The translations under genes were made by a program, and so were the position numbers. Shown here one piece after another: positions 58,939 to 64,000 of a stretch of 64,000 nucleotides of DNA (its first letter is position 1; every line of letters starts with the position of its first letter). Below the pieces are notes generated by a model. That model ran no database searches. It saw only the letters and a program-made list of their open reading frames with translations, and was not told the origin of the DNA. Source of the stretch: Cycas panzhihuaensis (lineage: Eukaryota > Plantae > Cycadophyta); assembly GCA_023213395.1 (NCBI GenBank), contig CM041465.1, forward strand, positions 245,899,741 to 245,963,740, written 5' to 3'.

Positions 58939-61731
58939 TTATATTAAAAAATGTAGTACATAAAAAAATATACTTTTACAAGTGAACTTTTTTGTACTTA
59001 TCAACAAAATATATGCCTTTAGAAGGAATCAAAGAACTCAATAAATCAATAAACTTATATAATTTCAAATATACTTTTTGAAAGAACTATGTAAATAATC
59101 ACAATGCCTTTGAAAAATGAAAGATGCCTTTAGAAAATAAATCAACTAGATCCAACTTTTATAAGTGCAAGAAGTAAGTGAACTTTTCAACAATGATGAA
59201 TAGAAAAAATGATTTCAATAAGTGTATGCCTTTAGAATAAACTTTGAAGTATGATGAATATAAGAGCAAATTTTGAATGTAATGAAGATCCTTTAAAACT
59301 ATGTAGATCTGAAATAAAACTTTGATGATGAAAAATAAAGAATTCTTACGCTTATGATTTTTCAAATGAATAAATATAAACTTGAGCAATAAAATAAATT
59401 TTATTTTGATGAAGATATATAATATTAAAAATTCTAAAATATATATGTATATTTCACTTTGAAAGATAAAGAATATGAAGAATAAGCTTAAAGAAAAATG
59501 AATTGTACCCATTTTATGTTGTATGAATACTTGGCTTATCACTTTCTTTAGATGTATATGAGCAATTTTTGCTACAAATCAGCTTTATAAATGGCTATAT
59601 GAAAGTTAAATGAGAGCCTCAAACATGTATCATAAGTGATCAATAAGAAATGAAATAAAGTACTCCTTAAGAAAGGGTTTATAAGACAAGCCTGATCAGA
59701 TATCTTGAATGCTCAAATTGAGCAACTTCAAAGTTGTACTAAACAATGTCAAAATAAAGTGAAATTATACCAATTTGAAGATTAATGAAATATCTAGTCA
59801 ACAAAATTGACCGTTTTAAAAATGGGTTTTTGCAAGTTAAGATTTTAATATACCAAGAACGTAGTCCTTCTTTTGAGGCTTAACAGGAGCCTAGGTTCAA
59901 AATATTATGAAATGCTAGTAAAAATCTTATAGAACAATGTAAACTAATCAAAAATAGTTTAAAGAGTTGCTTAATATATTTTTAGTTGAAAACTTTAAGA
60001 AATAATATATAGAAATATGTAATAATGACAAATTAGAAGTTATTATGTATCTTAACTTTGATGGCTTAGAGCACTTACAAAATAGACCTAAAATGAAATA
60101 AAAATAAGTTAAAATTATAGATCTCTAAAAAATATTTTACTAAAATTAGACGGCACTCAATTTGGAGCTATGAAGCTTAAGATATTAAAAAAATTGTTAA
60201 AAGTGTCCTTCGAAGGTTAATAAAAGAGGTAACATAAATAATGTCAATTATGACCTGTTCAAACCTGCAAGATAATGAGTCATATCAAGAAAAAAATACC
60301 TTCAAGCAGTAGTGCTTTGAATTAGGATTCTAACAAATTTTATGGTTTGAAAATCTGATTTCCAGTTGAGCAGATATAACTGAAAATGTAAGTAGTACTT
60401 TTTATGTAAATATGTTTAAAAACACTAAAGTGTCACTTTCACAGATTAAAATAATGATTAAAACAAATCCTAAAAAATAAAATGAGTAGATAGTGATAAA
60501 GTTCACTGAAAATAGATTGTTGTAGAGTAGATTCAGGTAAAAAACAATCTTTTGGTGATAAAATATAACTTAATAAAAAAGATATTTTATGAAAATAATT
60601 TAAAAGGCTTTAAAAAATAAATGATTAACTTTAAACTGATTGAAAATAGGTCAAATCAGCTCCAAATATGGTGAATGACCAGTTGAAATTATACCTTAGA
60701 AAATCTTAGATGCAACGGGATATGTTTCGTTAGAAACTAATAACCTAGTCAAGAGATATAGTAAAAATTAGCCGTGTACCCTATGTTTTCATGAAAAATT
60801 AAAAAATAAAAAATAAAAGGAAAATGTTATAAAGTTTATGTTGGCCCCTTTTTCTGCTGGTAGATGGTCATGTGGGATAGTGTGGGATCAGGAGCTAAGG
60901 TCTAAGGGGGAGATAACTTTTAAAACATAGATTTGAAACTTTATATAATATAATTAAAATTTTTTAAAACTTTATAAAAAATAAAAGAAAAAAATGCCGT
61001 CGTCAAACTGCCACCATGTTGTGACACCACCGCCATGCTGTCGAACTTGTGTGCACCTATGCAATGATACAAAGATGAACTATTGGATTTGAGGATGAGG
61101 CTACTCAGCATTGTGTAATTTTTTATACAAATCTGTTCCAACTTCTTGCAACATACAGAGAAAGAATTTAAGCTTGGGCTACAAATGATTTCTTCTAGAA
61201 AAGGATTACTCCAAGAAACCATCTGCACACTATTTATGCTTGACTTTCTATGGTTTCAGGGAGTTTAAAGTAATTCTAAGGAGAATTTTTTCAAAAGTTC
61301 TTAGCCCCTTTAGGGTTTTACCGCTGTCGTACTATCATGTAGCTGAAACCCTGTTGTTGTCAATGCTGTTGGGGTTAATATCCTCTTGGTTATCTGCGAC
61401 TAGTGAATATATTAAATCAAAGAGAGAGTTTGTGTTTAAAGAAGACAGCTATAGGGGGGAAAGACCAGATGCAAGACCTTACAGTAGAATTAGTTTATGA
61501 TGTTTTCTTAACATACGGGCATGTTTGAGTCTCTAAATAATACCATCACTCTCTTTTCTATAGGTGGAGCTCTATTCAATAAGGTGTAAATCGTGTGGTT
61601 TCTACAGTTTAATCACCACAAAAAAATAGTTTGATTGTTATTGAAAATATGGCTGTAAATGCTTGAAATTTTGTACTGGTCGCGAGGTTCCAACATCCTG
61701 CAAACAAGCAATAGCCCAAGAGTCAGGAGCA

Positions 61732-62036
61732 GCCTCAGAAATTATCTTGAATATGTGTGATAAGGTTCTAGATTCAATTGGCTAGTCTATTCCACTAGAT
61801 GAAGTATTAAGCAGTCATCTAGTGAATGTCATGGAGCATTTTGCCAGTGAAACTTTTTGCACACTGTGCCTTGCTTATATTGACTTAGAAGATAAATTTA
61901 TTCCTAAGAATCAAATATAGGGAAAGGTTACACTTGTATAGCTATTGAGGGCATCAAGGATCTAATTCATCCTAGTGTCAAAGATGCTGTTGAAACATGC
62001 AAATCTATTGGAATAACTGTTTGAATAGTTACCAGA
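61732..62036 (+). pseudogene. ACA: Captured fragment of a P2B-type autoinhibited Ca2+-ATPase (N/P-domain junction)
   Basis: ASEIILNMCDKVLDSIG*SIPLDE...HFASETFCTLCLAYIDL...GYTCIAIEGIKDLIHPSVKDAVETCKSIGITV*IVT vs the ACA consensus KGASEI..CDK..FAxEALRTLCLAY..GIKDPVRPGVKxxVxxCxxAGITVRMVTGD. Contains stops and one frameshift. Confidence 0.9.
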
Positions 62037-63830
62037 GAAATAATGCAAATGTACTAGAGCAAATGTACTAATAGCATTATTTTTTTTTTCTCTCTTATAC
62101 CAAATAGAGAAAATGTACTGAGATTATATATGGCTTTAACTTATCAGTTCTATTTGCCCAACCCAATTAGATTGGGTAGTATGAGCACCAATTTCAACGG
62201 AAGATATCCTATTCGCATAAGTACACCAATGAGGATCTGTAGTTAGAAGCTATTAAAGGCTGTAATGATGGCCAAGAGGGAGTATTTGCCCAACTAAAGG
62301 AATCAATAAGATAGATTCTTTTATGACACAGTAATGAAATATATAATAGCTTTATTTTTCTTCTGAATGTAAACCATGCAACAGGCTATAAAGGAGAGAT
62401 CTGGCTCATCAGATCTCACCACCACACAGGCTCTCATGGCCTATATTCAAAATGGAGTAAATGTAAAATATAACGGGGAAATATTTAAAATATACATATT
62501 TATATAAAATATAAAAGACCTAGATCTCCCTCTAGAGGAGTATTGTGTTTTGGCTATAATTTTTTTCTTTAAATTTAAATGATTGGTCTGTACCTTATGA
62601 ATATGAAAGAGTATCCCAATATGGAGAATGAAGGCAAGAACCAGATCTTTTAGATATATCGATGAAAATATATTAAATAAATAAAAACTATATATATTTA
62701 TATTTGAAATCTTTCAAGTATACTAGAGCAAATATATCAAAGAACCAAGAAATATATATGTTTAAATTTGAATATAAAAATAAGAAGAACTTGGTAATGT
62801 AGCTGTAACAGGTTTGAAGAAGAATGACTTTAGAGCGTAAGAACTTCTTCCAAAATGGTCAAAACTTCGAACGGATTTCTCCAGTAGATAGATTGGCTAT
62901 AGTATAACTTTTCCAAGAAGCTTGTTAGCATAAATATAAACCTAATATTACACAGATCTGAGAAAAAATATTGAATAAATGGACCAAATATACAAAAAAC
63001 GGTCAAATATTTAACAAAATATGTAGATCTAGAGAAAATATTGCATAGATCTAGAGAAAATATTAAGTAAATAGATAAAATACACTAGAAATGGTCAAAT
63101 ATATAACAAAATATATAGATCTTATTGATAAAACTTTGTAGAGTGATAAAACTTTGAATATTTGTTGATTACAGCTATGATCCTGCAAAGATCTAAAAAA
63201 AATTTATTATTTCACAAGTATAAATCAAGAATAATTAGATTTTGATGAAAATAATACAAGAAACTATTGAAAAACTTTGTAGAAGATAAATATAACCAAT
63301 ATTTGGCTTACTGTGAGTAGATCTGCTACAGATGCTAATGGATCTTCTTTCTCCTCAAAAAAACTTTAACAGGCCAACAACCTGAGTAACAGACTAGCAA
63401 TCTAAGCAACAGGGCATCAATCTTTGGCTCTAATACCAAATGAAGGAGTTGAAGAAGCTTAGATAACAAATGAAGGAACATATAATGATGGAGATAGAGT
63501 AGAGCATAATCACATAGTCGAAAACATTGTTGTATAAACACATAAACCATTTTATTCAATCCATGATGAGTGAGTACATAACAAATCTCTAAATATAGGT
63601 GGTGTCTAAAAACACCAGGGTTACACACCCCTCCAAATATATAATTTATGGGAGGAGGGAAACACCTCAACCCCTAGAATTTAAATAATAATAAAATATT
63701 ACATAACTTAACTCAAATCAACTTAACTTAAAATAACTTTAACCTTACCTTACATTTACCTTCATATGTGAGCATCTACATGTGTAAATTGGTAGGAGTG
63801 GGGTGATGATCATTAACCCCCAACAACTTT

Positions 63831-64000
63831 TACACCAGTCTTAAAGATGACTATAGTCAAATCGATCCCTTCAGTTGTAGCTAAATTTGAATGAGAGATA
63901 TATCATATAGATGTAAAGTCTGCATTCCTTAATGGTGAACTAAAGGAGGAGATTTATATGGTACAACCTCCTAGTTTTATTGAGGAAGGATGTGAACAAT
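63831..64000 (+). pseudogene. Copia RT of G, resumed after J
   Basis: [23 protein letters not shown]. Confidence 0.92.

Larger units (their letters stand above)
57848..63825 (-). mobile_element. Element J: non-autonomous Copia-derived (LARD-like) element with gag remnant and captured gene fragments
   Basis: LTRs at 57848-58219 and 63471-63825. Perfect TSD ACTTT. PPT at 58220-58231. PBS at 63427-63438. No pol. Confidence 0.93.
53261..64000 (+). mobile_element. Element G: degenerate Ty1/Copia related to C/E; continues beyond the window; interrupted by J
   Basis: 5' LTR ~53261-53709. PBS motifs at 53710 and 53748. gag-pol homologous to E. RT reads YDETF|TPVLKMTIVK once J is removed. Confidence 0.88.

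Noticed and set aside
59159-59542. 127-aa hydrophobic ORF (possible env or membrane protein)
   Set aside because: F/I/L/K bias is expected from extremely AT-rich sequence; non-ATG start and no motif.
61732-62036. Functional ACA gene or exon of a surrounding host gene
   Set aside because: Has stops and a frameshift, no other exons are present, and it lies within the LTRs of J.

Overview
This window contains no intact host genes. It is a deep nest of ancient, decayed plant LTR retrotransposons. The TatII-like Gypsy architecture and strong CG/CHG depletion suggest a gymnosperm such as a cycad, Ginkgo or conifer (inference). Nesting was reconstructed from LTR pairs, PBS/PPT sites and 5-bp target-site duplications (TSDs). 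An old Gypsy pol relic (~950-1524 + 31967-33065) hosts non-autonomous element A (1525-31961, TSD GAACT). A hosts a 20.8-kb Tat-type Gypsy B (1705-22487, minus) and Copia C (22838-28981, minus). A chromovirus relic D (33480-35340) abuts non-autonomous element F (35518-51978, minus), which hosts Copia E (35547-41854, TSD CATAC) and Copia H (43821-51479). A Copia relic I hosts Copia G (53261 to beyond the window end), which hosts non-autonomous J (57848-63825, TSD ACTTT). All coding regions are pseudogenised. The long IY-rich ORFs are (TA)n translation artefacts. Most notable observations: (1) several unrelated elements carry a duplicated [PBS-spacer-LTR-end]-PBS cassette at the 5' LTR, which in F is fixed into both LTRs and in E is a complete TRIM-like mini-unit; (2) element B carries a separate archaeal-type RNase H downstream of integrase plus an antisense plant-mobile-domain gene; (3) J has captured a Ca2+-ATPase gene fragment; (4) a 2.3-kb (TA)n expansion in only one LTR of B has inverted boundary motifs; (5) the LTR of A may contain a decayed hammerhead-like motif.
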